64,000 nt of DNA from Desulfatiglandales bacterium. GTDB lineage: Bacteria; Desulfobacterota; DSM-4660; Desulfatiglandales; HGW-15. Positions 49,322-59,157 of the stretch are shown here, piece after piece (positions within the stretch are counted from its first letter, which is position 1; each line of letters begins with the position of its first letter). Location: positions 32,001-96,000 of the forward strand of contig CAXXJJ010000001.1 in assembly GCA_963667015.2 (NCBI GenBank), read 5' to 3'. The translations under genes were made by a program, and so were the position numbers. A model generated the notes under the pieces. The model searched no databases, was not told the DNA's origin, and saw only the letters and a list, made by a program, of their open reading frames with translations.

Positions 49322-50200
49322 TTATTTATTCTGTCCCATAAAATTATGCAGCCTTGTAATAAATTCTCCCGCATCCCCGTTTACAGAAATGGATTTTTCC
49401 TTTATCTGAACGGGTATCTGGGGGTGTCCGGTGTTGGCGTAATCGCGGTATGAACGGTTTACCCGGATAAAAAGCACGTTGTCATGGGAATAGACCAGGT
49501 ATTCAAAGGGGCGACGGATTACCCCGGGGGTGTTAAACCCGACCCCGAATTCCATGACAGTCAGTTTTTTATCCATGATGCCGTTTATCCAGGTTTCATA
49601 GTTCTCTACCCACTGTTCATAATCTTCTCTTGTCCTGAATGCCACGGTCATGGCTCCCCCGCATTCCGGACACAGCGGGATTGCGGAATCTGATACGCTG
49701 AAGGTCTCATGATCTATACCGGCTATTGCCTTATCAATAAAAGGTTTTGTATGCCAGGTTTTGCCTGTACAGCGCTTCATACACATCAACCGGTCATAGT
49801 TGCCCTGGGCCTGAAACACACGGTCCGGATCAAACCCGCTTTTAATGAACATCCCGTCTGCATTTGATGTGATTACATAATGGTCTCTGTCCTTGACTAT
49901 TTCATGGAGTTTTTTATATTCCGGGCTGGGAGGATATTCATAAAAAACATGATTCATGTGTGTTGCCCAGTATGCCCACCTTTCCCCCTCTGTCCAGTTT
50001 TCAAATCCAATGAATTCATACTGCATCCTGTAGCCCTTTTCTACCCACCTTGGAAAGAGTCTGGAAAAGGTAATCGTGTCTGTATAGTCAATTCCAATGG
50101 ATGCTGAAAGTCCGGCACCGCCCCCGATCAATATACGTTCACTGGTTTTTATGGAATCTGCAATGAGTTCAATTACTCTATCCCCTGAATATTCGGGCAT
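49322..50200 (-). CDS. Macrodomain-linked sirtuin (SirTM-class Sir2 protein)
   Basis: GGGAGLSAS.G, ITSNADGMF, QGNY (no catalytic His), C..C/CP.CG Zn site, EFGVGFNTPGVIR. Likely start ATG 50200. Confidence 0.85.
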   Translation of the reverse strand: MPEYSGDRVIELIADSIKTSERILIGGGAGLSASIGIDYTDTITFSRLFPRWVEKGYRMQYEFIGFENWTEGERWAYWATHMNHVFYEYPPSPEYKKLHEIVKDRDHYVITSNADGMFIKSGFDPDRVFQAQGNYDRLMCMKRCTGKTWHTKPFIDKAIAGIDHETFSVSDSAIPLCPECGGAMTVAFRTREDYEQWVENYETWINGIMDKKLTVMEFGVGFNTPGVIRRPFEYLVYSHDNVLFIRVNRSYRDYANTGHPQIPVQIKEKSISVNGDAGEFITRLHNFMGQNK

Positions 50201-51101
50201 AACAGGAAAAATCCTCCTCAAGAAAAACATTAAATATAATTTTGGTGAATGGATTTTCATTATTTTCTAGCCATTCATCCACCGTTTTTACCGCAATTTC
50301 AGCAGCAGGCCCCTGGGGAAAATTAAACACTCCTGTTGAGATGCAGGGGAATGCAATGGATTTTATCCCTTTTACCTGTGCTGCAAGTGAAAGACAGCTT
50401 TTGTAACAGGATGCGAGCTGCTCAATCTGATATTCAGAAACTTCCCTTTCTTTTATTATAGGACCGACAGTATGCAGCACATATCGGGAGGGCAGATTAT
50501 ATGCCCGGGTTATCTTTGCGTCTCCTGTCCGCTCTTTTGATCCCTGGATATCCATTATTATTCTGCAGTCCTCCCGAAGAAGCGGACCTGCCGCACTGTG
50601 GATCACATTGTCAATGCAGTTATGAAGGGGCTGAAAACAGCCAAGCATCCCGTCATTTGCCGCATTCACAATTGCATCGGCCCTGAGACAGGAGATATCC
50701 CCCTTCCATAAATAAAGGTTTTCCGAATGGTTTAGTCTGCTCTCAGGAAATATTTCAGAAACCGGAGAAAGAGTATCGAAGTCCTTAAGATTTTTTTTCC
50801 CGAGTTCATCCTGGAGTAACCGGTCTATTTTATCAGTTAAAGATTTTTTCAACCTGGATGGAGGGCGTATATTAAGCAGTGCCCTTAAAAGATCTCTTTT
50901 ACCATGATAATCATGGGGAATTTGATTATAGTCATATAACTCTTCTTCAAGAGACAGAACCTTGAGAATGAAGTCAAGTATTTCATTCCTTTCTTTACTA
51001 GAGGATATTTGATCAGTCTTTGCGGTATATTCTTCAAGCAGCTTTATCTGATCACTATAACTGGCAAGAGAAAGGCCCCAGGGCAATAATTCAATTGACA
51101 T
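50178..51101 (-). CDS. Protein-ADP-ribose hydrolase (Zn-type macrodomain)
   Basis: WKGDI..LRADAIVNAANDGMLGCFQPLHNCIDNVIHSAAG, HTVGP, FPCISTGVFNFP. Confidence 0.92.
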   Translation of the reverse strand: MSIELLPWGLSLASYSDQIKLLEEYTAKTDQISSSKERNEILDFILKVLSLEEELYDYNQIPHDYHGKRDLLRALLNIRPPSRLKKSLTDKIDRLLQDELGKKNLKDFDTLSPVSEIFPESRLNHSENLYLWKGDISCLRADAIVNAANDGMLGCFQPLHNCIDNVIHSAAGPLLREDCRIIMDIQGSKERTGDAKITRAYNLPSRYVLHTVGPIIKEREVSEYQIEQLASCYKSCLSLAAQVKGIKSIAFPCISTGVFNFPQGPAAEIAVKTVDEWLENNENPFTKIIFNVFLEEDFSCYARIFRG

Positions 51102-51411
51102 TTTTCTGGTTTGACAGCTCCTTTATCCAAAGAGGGATATTCCTTTTTGTCCACCGTGCAAAACGATATTTGTATTCCTCATTTAATGCTTTGGCAAGTT
51201 TTTTGAGCCAGAGAAAGTTATCATATGAATGCTCAGCCCATATGACACATGGATGCTTCTAGCGTGTGGGTTTGTAGAGTGTTTGAAAACCATGCTTATA
51301 TAAAGCGGTACACAGGATTTGTACACTCTCAAGTATCATTTTAATGACATGCTGATCGCAGTGGTATTTGGCACATTTTTTTATGTTGTAATCAAGAATG
51401 AAGATGTTCAT
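51091..51411 (-). pseudogene. Pyrimidine-dimer DNA glycosylase-like pseudogene
   Basis: MNIFILD...HCDQHVIKMILESVQILCT...YKPTR*KHPCVIWA...LNEEYKYRF-ARWTKRNIPLW: in-frame TAG at 51259-51261 and an apparently shortened C-terminal half. Confidence 0.75.
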
Positions 51412-51476
51412 TTTTCGGAATAAAAAAACAGGGCCTTTATGACCCTGTTTAATCACAAAATATATTTTTTATTTTT

Positions 51477-51635
51477 TTAATCGCCAATCGGAATAGCCAT
51501 TGATGCATCATCCATACAGTTTTTAAGATCCGCCTCATCTACTTTTTTAGGATCTTTGAGGTCTTCAATCCGGCAAACAAACTCGTTTCCTGCCTTGTCC
51601 TTAACCCAAACAAATCTTTGTTCATGTTCTGACAT
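51477..51635 (-). CDS. Small hypothetical protein (52 aa)
   Basis: Below the ORF-track cutoff. Strong AGGAGG RBS; MSEHEQRFVWVKDKAGNEFVCRIEDLKDPKKVDEADLKNCMDDASMAIPIGD*. Confidence 0.7.
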   Translation of the reverse strand: MSEHEQRFVWVKDKAGNEFVCRIEDLKDPKKVDEADLKNCMDDASMAIPIGD

Positions 51636-51773
51636 TGTGAATCCTCCTTTTTTTTGGTTGTTTAAAAAAATTTAAAGCCTTATCAAAAGTTGTCAATTTC
51701 TGTAACTATTAAAAGGCACCCGATAAACATTCTTCTTTCTTTTATACAAACAAATTTATTCAAAAATATGCGC

Positions 51774-52148
51774 CTATTGACCTGTCCCGACAAGGGGTAG
51801 TTCTTTGGTTATTTCAAAAAAAACCAGGTATCTGTTCTCACCGGCCTCTGAAGTATAACCTCTCCTCTGGAGTTCCTTTATTAAAGGGCTGTTTTCTTCC
51901 TCCTTTAACTTCTTGAGAAATAACCTTTTACCCTTGTAACCTTTTCCATCTTCAATAAACAGATAAACCGCGTTTGGATTTGAATTAAGGTTATGGTGGG
52001 TGAGGCGGTCACGCATTATAAAGGCCAGAGACCCATCATCCATGAAATGAGGCTTGGCATATATTGCAGAATCGACATTTCCTGAAGAATCAGAGGTTGA
52101 AAGAACGCCTTTTCCACTGGTTGAACTGAAATATTCTTTAATAGTCAT
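51774..52148 (-). CDS. Pyridoxamine 5'-phosphate oxidase-like FMN-binding protein
   Basis: GVLSTSDSSGNVDSAIYAKPH...THHNLNSNPNAVYLF; GGAGG RBS. Confidence 0.8.
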   Translation of the reverse strand: MTIKEYFSSTSGKGVLSTSDSSGNVDSAIYAKPHFMDDGSLAFIMRDRLTHHNLNSNPNAVYLFIEDGKGYKGKRLFLKKLKEEENSPLIKELQRRGYTSEAGENRYLVFFEITKELPLVGTGQ

Positions 52149-52276
52149 ATTTTTCCTCCAAACAATTATACTGTCAAATTATTATCAGGTTATTTTATTG
52201 TTAACTAAAATATGTACGATCAGGAATTTGTCCAGCCAATCTTAATAATAAGCCCGGGAGAAATTTAAAAAAATTA

Positions 52277-52948
52277 TTAATATATATCCTGTTGTATTCT
52301 TTTCTGATCCTCAACCAATTTAACTCCAAGATTAAATGCATTTTCACAGTCAACAGGAAATATCTCTTCACGGCGTTTTTTCTTTTTTGATTCATCAATG
52401 CCTTCAGCAACAACCATTGAGTAATCCTCAAACTGATAAGTATCATAACTCATAAGGGACTCGGCTTTACCCAAAACCATGCCCATTATCTCTTCATTGC
52501 TTTTAAAAAGCCTGTCATATCCTACTTTGGTACTGAACTCTTCAGGGCAGTTCATTGTATATATCAATCCAATACTTATTTTTCGGGGATAAAGGGTTTG
52601 AGGAGGCATGGTGTATATTAGATAGGGGAAAAGCAGTCGTTCAATAAAGGATCTCAATTCTCCAGTCACATCACCAAAATAAATCGGTGATCCAAGAAAA
52701 AGAACATCTATATCCTTTATTTTCTCATAGACCTGTGTCATACCGTCCTTTAAAACACAATTTCCGTAGCTTTTGCCACCCTTTGTTTTACAGGAGAAGC
52801 AACTTATACAGCCCTTATATTCATAATCATAAAGGTGGATGATTTCAGTCTCTGCTCCTTTTGACATTGCACCTTCGAGAGCTTTATTTAAAAGAGTCCC
52901 TGTGTTCCATTCCTTTCTGGGGCTACCATTAATGGCAATTGCCTTCAT
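52277..52948 (-). CDS. Iron-sulfur flavoprotein / NADPH-dependent FMN reductase family
   Basis: INGSPRKEWNT, CISCFSC...C Fe-S motif, GSPIYFG. Confidence 0.9.
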   Translation of the reverse strand: MKAIAINGSPRKEWNTGTLLNKALEGAMSKGAETEIIHLYDYEYKGCISCFSCKTKGGKSYGNCVLKDGMTQVYEKIKDIDVLFLGSPIYFGDVTGELRSFIERLLFPYLIYTMPPQTLYPRKISIGLIYTMNCPEEFSTKVGYDRLFKSNEEIMGMVLGKAESLMSYDTYQFEDYSMVVAEGIDESKKKKRREEIFPVDCENAFNLGVKLVEDQKRIQQDIY

Positions 52949-53004
52949 TAGAATCCCTCCACTTTAAGTTGTAAGCAAAATTAGATGGTTGTATCATCTT
53001 AAAA

Positions 53005-54531
53005 TCAAAACACTATTCCATCATTTTTCATTAAAAGGCCTGCTGAGATTTTACCAGATTCATAAATTGTGGGTAGTCCGCTTCCCGGATGTGTGCCTCC
53101 GCCCACAAGGTAGCAGTTATCAAACTCTTCAAATTTGTTATGCGGCCTGAAATAAAGCATCTGCCTCATACTGTGGGCAAGGTTGAAGGTCGCACCAAGG
53201 TAAACCGAATGCTCATCTTCCCAGTCATCCGGGGTAACAATTTTTTCCTCTTCAATGTTATCCGCCAACCCGGTGTAATTACCCTTTGTCTCAAGTGCTT
53301 CAATAACTTTATTTCTAAAGTCAACTTTTTCCCTGTTCCAGTCAATTTTTCCCTTATTGTTCGGAACAGGAACCAGGACATATATAGTACTTTTTCCTTC
53401 AGGGGCTATAGTTGAATCAGTTACAGATGCGTTTTGTACGTAGAATGAAAAGTCTTCGGAAAGGACCTTGTCCTGGGTGATCTCGTCAATATTTCGTTTA
53501 TAATCCTCCGCAAAAATGATGCTGTGGTGGGGAAGATTCCTGTATTCCTTATTAACCCCCAGGTAGAGCATATAGGTAGAGCATGAATAGTCCTTGCTCA
53601 TAAGTTTTTCATCGGTCCACTTTTGCCTGTCATTTTTATCCACAATATTTGTCATGGCATGTGCAAAGTCTGCATTTATTATCAAATAGTCAGCCTTTTC
53701 AATTTTTCCGTTTTCAAGCTCGACACCAACAGCTTTTCTGTTTTCTATAATAATCTTTTTTACAGGAGTTTTCAGGTGAATTCTGCCACCTGAATGTTTA
53801 AATGCTTCAGCCATGCCATGAGACAACCTGTTTAAACCTCCTGTAACATGATAAATACCCCCTCCATGTTCAATGTAGGAGATGATGCTGAAGAGCCCGG
53901 GAGCACTCCATGGAGACATTCCTATATATTTTGCCTGAAAAGTGAAGGCTATTCTAATATCAGGATCATCAAAATATCTTGAAAGAACTCCGTAAAGATT
54001 TGTATGAACATCAAGGTAGGGCAGGGCCTGAAGTAAATTTTTTGAAAAAAAATCACTTATTTTTCCATAGGGAATGGAAAGGCATGGTACAAGCCTCTGG
54101 TATTTTTTTTCTTCTTTTTCCAGATATTTAAGGTAACCATTGAAGCTTCCGGGGGAAAAGCTTTCCATAGTCTGTTTCATCTTCTCCCTGTCCGGTGAGG
54201 GGTAAAGTTCTCTTCCGTCGGCAAATTTTAAACGGTACATGGGGTCAAGCCTTATCGTTTCGACAAAATCCTCAAGCCTTTTTCCTGATTTTTCAAAGAC
54301 ATCTTCAAGTACATCCTTCATCATTAAAAAGGTAGGGCCGATATCAAATGTATATTCTCCGAGCTTGAAGTAAGAATTTCTTCCTCCGACCCTGTCCTCT
54401 TTTTCGTAGATATCCACGGAATATCCTTTTGCGGCAAGCAACATGGCTGCAGAAAGACCTCCGGGTCCTGCACCTATTATTATAATTCTTTTATCTGCTG
54501 ATGAGTTGTTTTTCGGGGATCGAGAAACCAC
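53005..54531 (-). CDS. crtN: Phytoene desaturase family protein (CrtN/CrtI; likely 4,4'-diapophytoene desaturase)
   Basis: IIGAGPGGL, FDIGPTF, FQAKYIGMSPW, YLVGGGTHPGSGLPTIYESG. Confidence 0.7.
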   Translation of the reverse strand: MVSRSPKNNSSADKRIIIIGAGPGGLSAAMLLAAKGYSVDIYEKEDRVGGRNSYFKLGEYTFDIGPTFLMMKDVLEDVFEKSGKRLEDFVETIRLDPMYRLKFADGRELYPSPDREKMKQTMESFSPGSFNGYLKYLEKEEKKYQRLVPCLSIPYGKISDFFSKNLLQALPYLDVHTNLYGVLSRYFDDPDIRIAFTFQAKYIGMSPWSAPGLFSIISYIEHGGGIYHVTGGLNRLSHGMAEAFKHSGGRIHLKTPVKKIIIENRKAVGVELENGKIEKADYLIINADFAHAMTNIVDKNDRQKWTDEKLMSKDYSCSTYMLYLGVNKEYRNLPHHSIIFAEDYKRNIDEITQDKVLSEDFSFYVQNASVTDSTIAPEGKSTIYVLVPVPNNKGKIDWNREKVDFRNKVIEALETKGNYTGLADNIEEEKIVTPDDWEDEHSVYLGATFNLAHSMRQMLYFRPHNKFEEFDNCYLVGGGTHPGSGLPTIYESGKISAGLLMKNDGIVF

Positions 54532-54648
54532 AGGCCTTCTCCTTTTCAGTATTGAAGATAAGGTATGAGATCATGGATCAACAAAACAATAGATTTTAGT
54601 ATACATTATTTGAGTTAAAATTTCATTTTATTGTGAAGCGCGAGGTCT

Positions 54649-54722
54649 AATATCTCGTAGCTTGTGACGATTCAACAGATTTATTCCTTATTTGATACCC
54701 CGCTGCTTGCGGCGGGATATTC
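54649..54722. repeat. Intergenic palindromic REP-like element
   Basis: AATATCTCGTAGCTTG ... ATACCCCGCTGCTTGCGGCGGGATATT, with internal hairpin CCCGCTGC-TT-GCGGCGGG. Confidence 0.45.
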
Positions 54723-54723
54723 A

Positions 54724-56256
54724 TTAAGGCTGTTCATGCACACATTCATCCCCCTGGAATGGAAAAACCTTGAACTCTTCAGGTTTTAGAGATCGTTTTA
54801 TGGAAAGCACGATATTTTTCAGCATTCCTTTAAAGACAATATTGTGAAAAGGATAAACGAGGTACCAGTAAAAAAGCCCTGCAAGACCGCGGGGACTGAA
54901 TCGTGCAATTATTCTGAGTTCGACTTTCCCCTCCGGTTTATCCAGGATGTGAAACTCCAGCATTGCCTCTCCGGGCAGCTTCATCTCAGAAAACAGTCTC
55001 AAAAGTATTGGTTCCCTCATGTTGAGCACCCTGAAAAAATCAAGAGTATCCCCTTCTCCCAGATCAACCGGGTGGCGCCGTCCCCTGTTTAATCCGGCTC
55101 CTCCGATCATACGGTCAAAAAAACCGCGAAGTTTCCACAGGAAACTGCCGTAAAAATAACCGGTCTCACCACCTATGCTTATTAAGCGGTTCCAGATTTC
55201 TTCCCTTGTTATTCCTTTAAAGGATATTGCATATCCTGCCTCCTTTAAACTTCCTCCGGCATAGGGGGCATCTCCGCAATGAAGCCATTCCGGTACATCA
55301 ATAAAACCTGAGTCGCTCCAGCATGATTCTACACAGTTATCCCTAGCTCTGCCCAGTGCCAGATTAATTGCTGTCCTGCAGTCAATCAGTTCCTGGGGAA
55401 TTATTTTCTGTATTTCAGATTCCCGGCACACTACCGGATTTCTAAGTCCTTCAGCAAGAGGTCTTGCAATATATGATGGAACAGGTGTTATCAGGTTTAT
55501 CCAGTAGGAACTCAACCTGGGGGAGAGCACGGGGACAGGAATTATAAAACGGTGTTTAATTCCGGCCTCTTTCGCATAGATTTTCATAAGGCTGCCGTAT
55601 GTTAGGATATCCGGACCCCCAATATCAAATACCCGGCCGGTTGTTTCATCATTTTCCAGGCACCCTTCAAGATATTTCAGTACGTTTCTTATGGCAATGG
55701 GCTGGACCGGGTTATGGACCCACCGCGGGGTTATCATAACAGGCAGTCTTTCCACAAGGTATCTTAATATCTCAAATGAGGCGCTGCCTGAACCAAGAAT
55801 CATTGCAGCTCGAAGAACAGTGACCGGGACGGATCCCGAGCTGAGAATTTCCGCCACTTCTGCCCTTGATCTGAGGTGTTTACTCAGGCCTGAATCCTTT
55901 TCTCCCAGGCCGCTCAGATATATTATCTTCTCCAGTCTGTTTTTCTCCGCCGCCTTAACCATATTTTGCGCCGCGATTCTGTCGGTTTCAGAAAAGTCTC
56001 TGCTTTGAGGATTCATGGAATGGACAAGATAATAGGCGGCCCTGCAGTTTTTAAGAGCATTTTCCAGAGAGTTGTATTCAAGCATGTCTGCCTGAACTAC
56101 TTCTACCCGGGGATTTTTTGCCCAGGGACGTGATTTTATCTTATCAATAGACCTGCCGGCTACCTTTACACTGTATCCTGAAGAAAGGAGGCGGTTTACC
56201 AGCCTTCCTCCCACATATCCGGTCGAGCCTGTAACCATAATTTGTCCTGATTTCAT
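54724..56256 (-). CDS. Atypical SDR NAD(P)-binding oxidoreductase with DUF2867 domain (YbjT-like)
   Basis: VTGSTGYVGGRL, AAYYLVHSM, HLRSRAEV, LGSGSASFE; C-terminal LW.LRG..D..IGG.GL.RGRR, EMKLPGEA.LEF. Start ATG 56256. Confidence 0.88.
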   Translation of the reverse strand: MKSGQIMVTGSTGYVGGRLVNRLLSSGYSVKVAGRSIDKIKSRPWAKNPRVEVVQADMLEYNSLENALKNCRAAYYLVHSMNPQSRDFSETDRIAAQNMVKAAEKNRLEKIIYLSGLGEKDSGLSKHLRSRAEVAEILSSGSVPVTVLRAAMILGSGSASFEILRYLVERLPVMITPRWVHNPVQPIAIRNVLKYLEGCLENDETTGRVFDIGGPDILTYGSLMKIYAKEAGIKHRFIIPVPVLSPRLSSYWINLITPVPSYIARPLAEGLRNPVVCRESEIQKIIPQELIDCRTAINLALGRARDNCVESCWSDSGFIDVPEWLHCGDAPYAGGSLKEAGYAISFKGITREEIWNRLISIGGETGYFYGSFLWKLRGFFDRMIGGAGLNRGRRHPVDLGEGDTLDFFRVLNMREPILLRLFSEMKLPGEAMLEFHILDKPEGKVELRIIARFSPRGLAGLFYWYLVYPFHNIVFKGMLKNIVLSIKRSLKPEEFKVFPFQGDECVHEQP

Positions 56257-56390
56257 GATGAAGTTCCTTTTACAAATAATAAAAATTTTAATACTGTAAA
56301 AACTGACCGCATACCTGCAGGAAAAAAAATAGTATATACATTGTTTATAAGTTATGATGTATGGCGACAAAAACAAGTGGTGATAAAAAA

Positions 56391-56819
56391 ATGATTGAAA
56401 AAATGAAGCAAATAGTAATGGATGAAAAATATTGTGTCCTTGCAACTGCCATGAATAACAAGCCCCATTGCTCCCTTATGGCGTATACGGTTGGAGAAGA
56501 TTGTAAAAGGTTATACATGGTTACACATAAAGATTCTGATAAATATCGGAATCTCCAGACAAATGAGTCGGTAAGCCTGCTTATTGACACCAGGGGAAAC
56601 ACAAAAGAAAAATCAGCAAAAGCCTTAACTGTAAACGGCCGTTTTTTTGAAGTAACTGATGAAGATACTCTTAATCGTGTTAAGAGGGATCTTGCAGACC
56701 GCCATCCCGGGCTGCAGGTTTTTCTTAATGATGACTCATCATGTGTATTTTCCATAGAGATAGAGTCTTTACTGCTGCTTGACGGGTTCACTGATTCCTA
56801 TTATGAGCGCTTTGTTTAA
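56391..56819 (+). CDS. Pyridoxamine 5'-phosphate oxidase family protein
   Basis: CVLATA.NNKPHCSLMAY...T..DSDKYRNLQTNESVSLLID. Confidence 0.85.
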   Translation: MIEKMKQIVMDEKYCVLATAMNNKPHCSLMAYTVGEDCKRLYMVTHKDSDKYRNLQTNESVSLLIDTRGNTKEKSAKALTVNGRFFEVTDEDTLNRVKRDLADRHPGLQVFLNDDSSCVFSIEIESLLLLDGFTDSYYERFV

Positions 56820-56823
56820 ATTA

Positions 56824-57693
56824 TTACTTCCCTGAATCAGCTGAATCATTGTCCTGATGTAAAATTTCATCCAGGAAACGATCCACCGCGTCAATATAGT
56901 TTTTTGAATCATACTCAAGGCCCTTTGCATGGGGTCCCGATATTAATACCTTCTTCTTTTTCACTGTTACGGCCTTTAACAGATCTTCGGCATCAGAAAG
57001 GGGTATGGCCCTGTCCTCATTGCTGTGTATGACAAGGGTCGGGCACCTGATGTTTTTCAGAAATGTACGGGTTTCAAATCTGGACCTTGTAAGGAGTCTT
57101 AAAGGCAGCCATTTCACAGCTCGGGATGCAACCTTTACAATAGAGGGAAAACCGCCTTCAAGTATAAGGGCAAAAGGGTTATAGTTTTGTGCAGTATGAG
57201 AGGCCATGGCGCATCCCAGCGACTGGCCAAGAAAAATTATTTTTTTTCCGGGATTTTTTTTCTCCCTTAACAGATATTCGCAGGCAGCCTCACTGTCTTT
57301 ATAGACACCTTCTTCTGTCGGCCATTTTTTCTGACTCTTTCCAAAACCCCGGTATCCGAATAAAAAGACATTAAATCCAATTCCTGTCAGTTGTTTCATC
57401 TGAGGTAAAAAATCAGACATGGTACCCTTATTTCCTGAAAACAGAAGGATAGTGAATCCCCTCCATTTTCCCTTCGGTTCTCCTTTTATCAACCATCCGT
57501 TAAGGAGCACCCTGTCCACGGTAGAAAAATATACATCCTCATATTGCAGATGAAAATCGGAAGGCGCTGCAGAGAGTTTTCGGGACGGGAAGATTATAAA
57601 GAATCTGTGAAAAACAAGATATCCAGTACATGTCATAATGTAGAATATCAGCAGAAAAACAGACAAGTATATCACTATTGTTTCCCAGGACAT
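56824..57693 (-). CDS. Membrane-anchored alpha/beta hydrolase
   Basis: N-terminal TM, YRGFGKS, GQSLG nucleophile elbow, HSNED. Confidence 0.88.
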   Translation of the reverse strand: MSWETIVIYLSVFLLIFYIMTCTGYLVFHRFFIIFPSRKLSAAPSDFHLQYEDVYFSTVDRVLLNGWLIKGEPKGKWRGFTILLFSGNKGTMSDFLPQMKQLTGIGFNVFLFGYRGFGKSQKKWPTEEGVYKDSEAACEYLLREKKNPGKKIIFLGQSLGCAMASHTAQNYNPFALILEGGFPSIVKVASRAVKWLPLRLLTRSRFETRTFLKNIRCPTLVIHSNEDRAIPLSDAEDLLKAVTVKKKKVLISGPHAKGLEYDSKNYIDAVDRFLDEILHQDNDSADSGK

Positions 57694-57708
57694 GTGTTGT
57701 TCTCTTTT

Positions 57709-59070
57709 TCAGTTAAAGATCCGATAGATTTTTTTTAACCATTTTATGGAATCTCCATATGGCGGGTAATGGAACCGTGGACCCCTGTATCCTGAACTCA
57801 TAATACTTCTATATTGTGAAAAACAGTCAAAGGAGGCCTTTCCGTGATATACACCCATGCCGCTTTCACCAACACCCCCAAAGGGAAGGTAATGTGTTGC
57901 CCCCTGTTTAACAGTCTCGTTGATGCCCACTGAACCCGATGGTATTGCCTGCATGATTTTTATTTGAAGAGCTTTATTTTTTGTAAACATATAGAGGGCA
58001 AGGGGATCAGTTCCATTTGCAAGTCTGGTTATAAGTGCATCAACATCTTTGAACTTTATGACAGGTAAGACAGGACCAAAAATTTCTTCCTTCATAATGT
58101 CAGCGTTTTCGGGAATATCTTCTACTACAGTCGGTTCAAAATAGAGACTCTTTTCATTGTATCGGCCGCCCGTGACAATTTTACAGCCTTTGCTTAAATA
58201 TGAAGCAAGTCTTTTTACATGGTCCTGGTTGATGATCCTCCCGTAATCCGGACTTTTCTCCGGGTCAGGACCATAGAAACGAAAAATAACTTCCTTAAGA
58301 GCGTCGATAAATTCATTATGTATGTTTTCATGGCAGTATACTGTGTCCGGTGCAATACATGTCTGTCCGGCATTCAGAAATTTTCCCCATGCGATACGCT
58401 CTGCAGAAACCCTGATGTCCGCATCATCGGAAACAATACAGGGGTTCTTTCCCCCCAGTTCAAGGGTAACAGGTGTCAGGTTTTCAGCCGCTCTGCCCAT
58501 TACTTTTTTACCCACCTTCGTGCTGCCGGTAAAAAAGATATGGTCCCATTTCAAATCAATCAGTTCTCTTGCTCCTTTATCTCTTCCGGGTACAACAGTG
58601 CAGTGGGAAGGATCAAATATGTTTTTTACCATGCTTTCAATTATCTTTGAGATTTCCGGGGTATGCTGCGACGGTTTTAACACTGCACAGTTTCCGGCTG
58701 CAAGGGCACCCACCAGCGGGACCATTATCAGCTGAAATGGATAATTCCATGGCCCCAGAATGAGCACAACTCCTTTGGGAAAGGGTTTGATGTAACTTTT
58801 AGCAGGCCAGAAAATCAGGGGTGTTTTTACTTTTCTCTTTTTAATCCAGCTGTGAATATTTTTGAGCGCATACCTGATTTCACTCAGGACATATCCAAGT
58901 TCCGATGCATAGGCTTCAGCTGCAGGTTTTCCAAGGTCGCTGTGCAGGGCATTGATAATTTCACCTTCACTTTTGATTATTTCATCCTTAAATTTTTCGA
59001 GACATTTTATTCTGAAGGACACTGGTATTGTAATTCCGGTATTGTAGAATTCTCTTAAAGAGTGGAGCAT
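57709..59070 (-). CDS. Aldehyde dehydrogenase (ALDH3-like; candidate diapocarotenoid aldehyde dehydrogenase)
   Basis: PWNYP, FFTGS, LELGGKNP, NAGQTC, EEIFGP, PFGGVGESG. Confidence 0.92.
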   Translation of the reverse strand: MLHSLREFYNTGITIPVSFRIKCLEKFKDEIIKSEGEIINALHSDLGKPAAEAYASELGYVLSEIRYALKNIHSWIKKRKVKTPLIFWPAKSYIKPFPKGVVLILGPWNYPFQLIMVPLVGALAAGNCAVLKPSQHTPEISKIIESMVKNIFDPSHCTVVPGRDKGARELIDLKWDHIFFTGSTKVGKKVMGRAAENLTPVTLELGGKNPCIVSDDADIRVSAERIAWGKFLNAGQTCIAPDTVYCHENIHNEFIDALKEVIFRFYGPDPEKSPDYGRIINQDHVKRLASYLSKGCKIVTGGRYNEKSLYFEPTVVEDIPENADIMKEEIFGPVLPVIKFKDVDALITRLANGTDPLALYMFTKNKALQIKIMQAIPSGSVGINETVKQGATHYLPFGGVGESGMGVYHGKASFDCFSQYRSIMSSGYRGPRFHYPPYGDSIKWLKKIYRIFN

Positions 59071-59157
59071 TGACCGTCTCCTCTTAGAAAGTGCTATTCA
59101 TAAACAGCTTGTTATGACATAATACTTTATCAACGGTAATAAAATCCACCATTCATT

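Noticed and set aside
51259..51261. Pyrrolysine readthrough of the TAG in the glycosylase-like gene
   Set aside because: The gene also appears internally shortened and no pyl genes are visible; decay is the simpler explanation.
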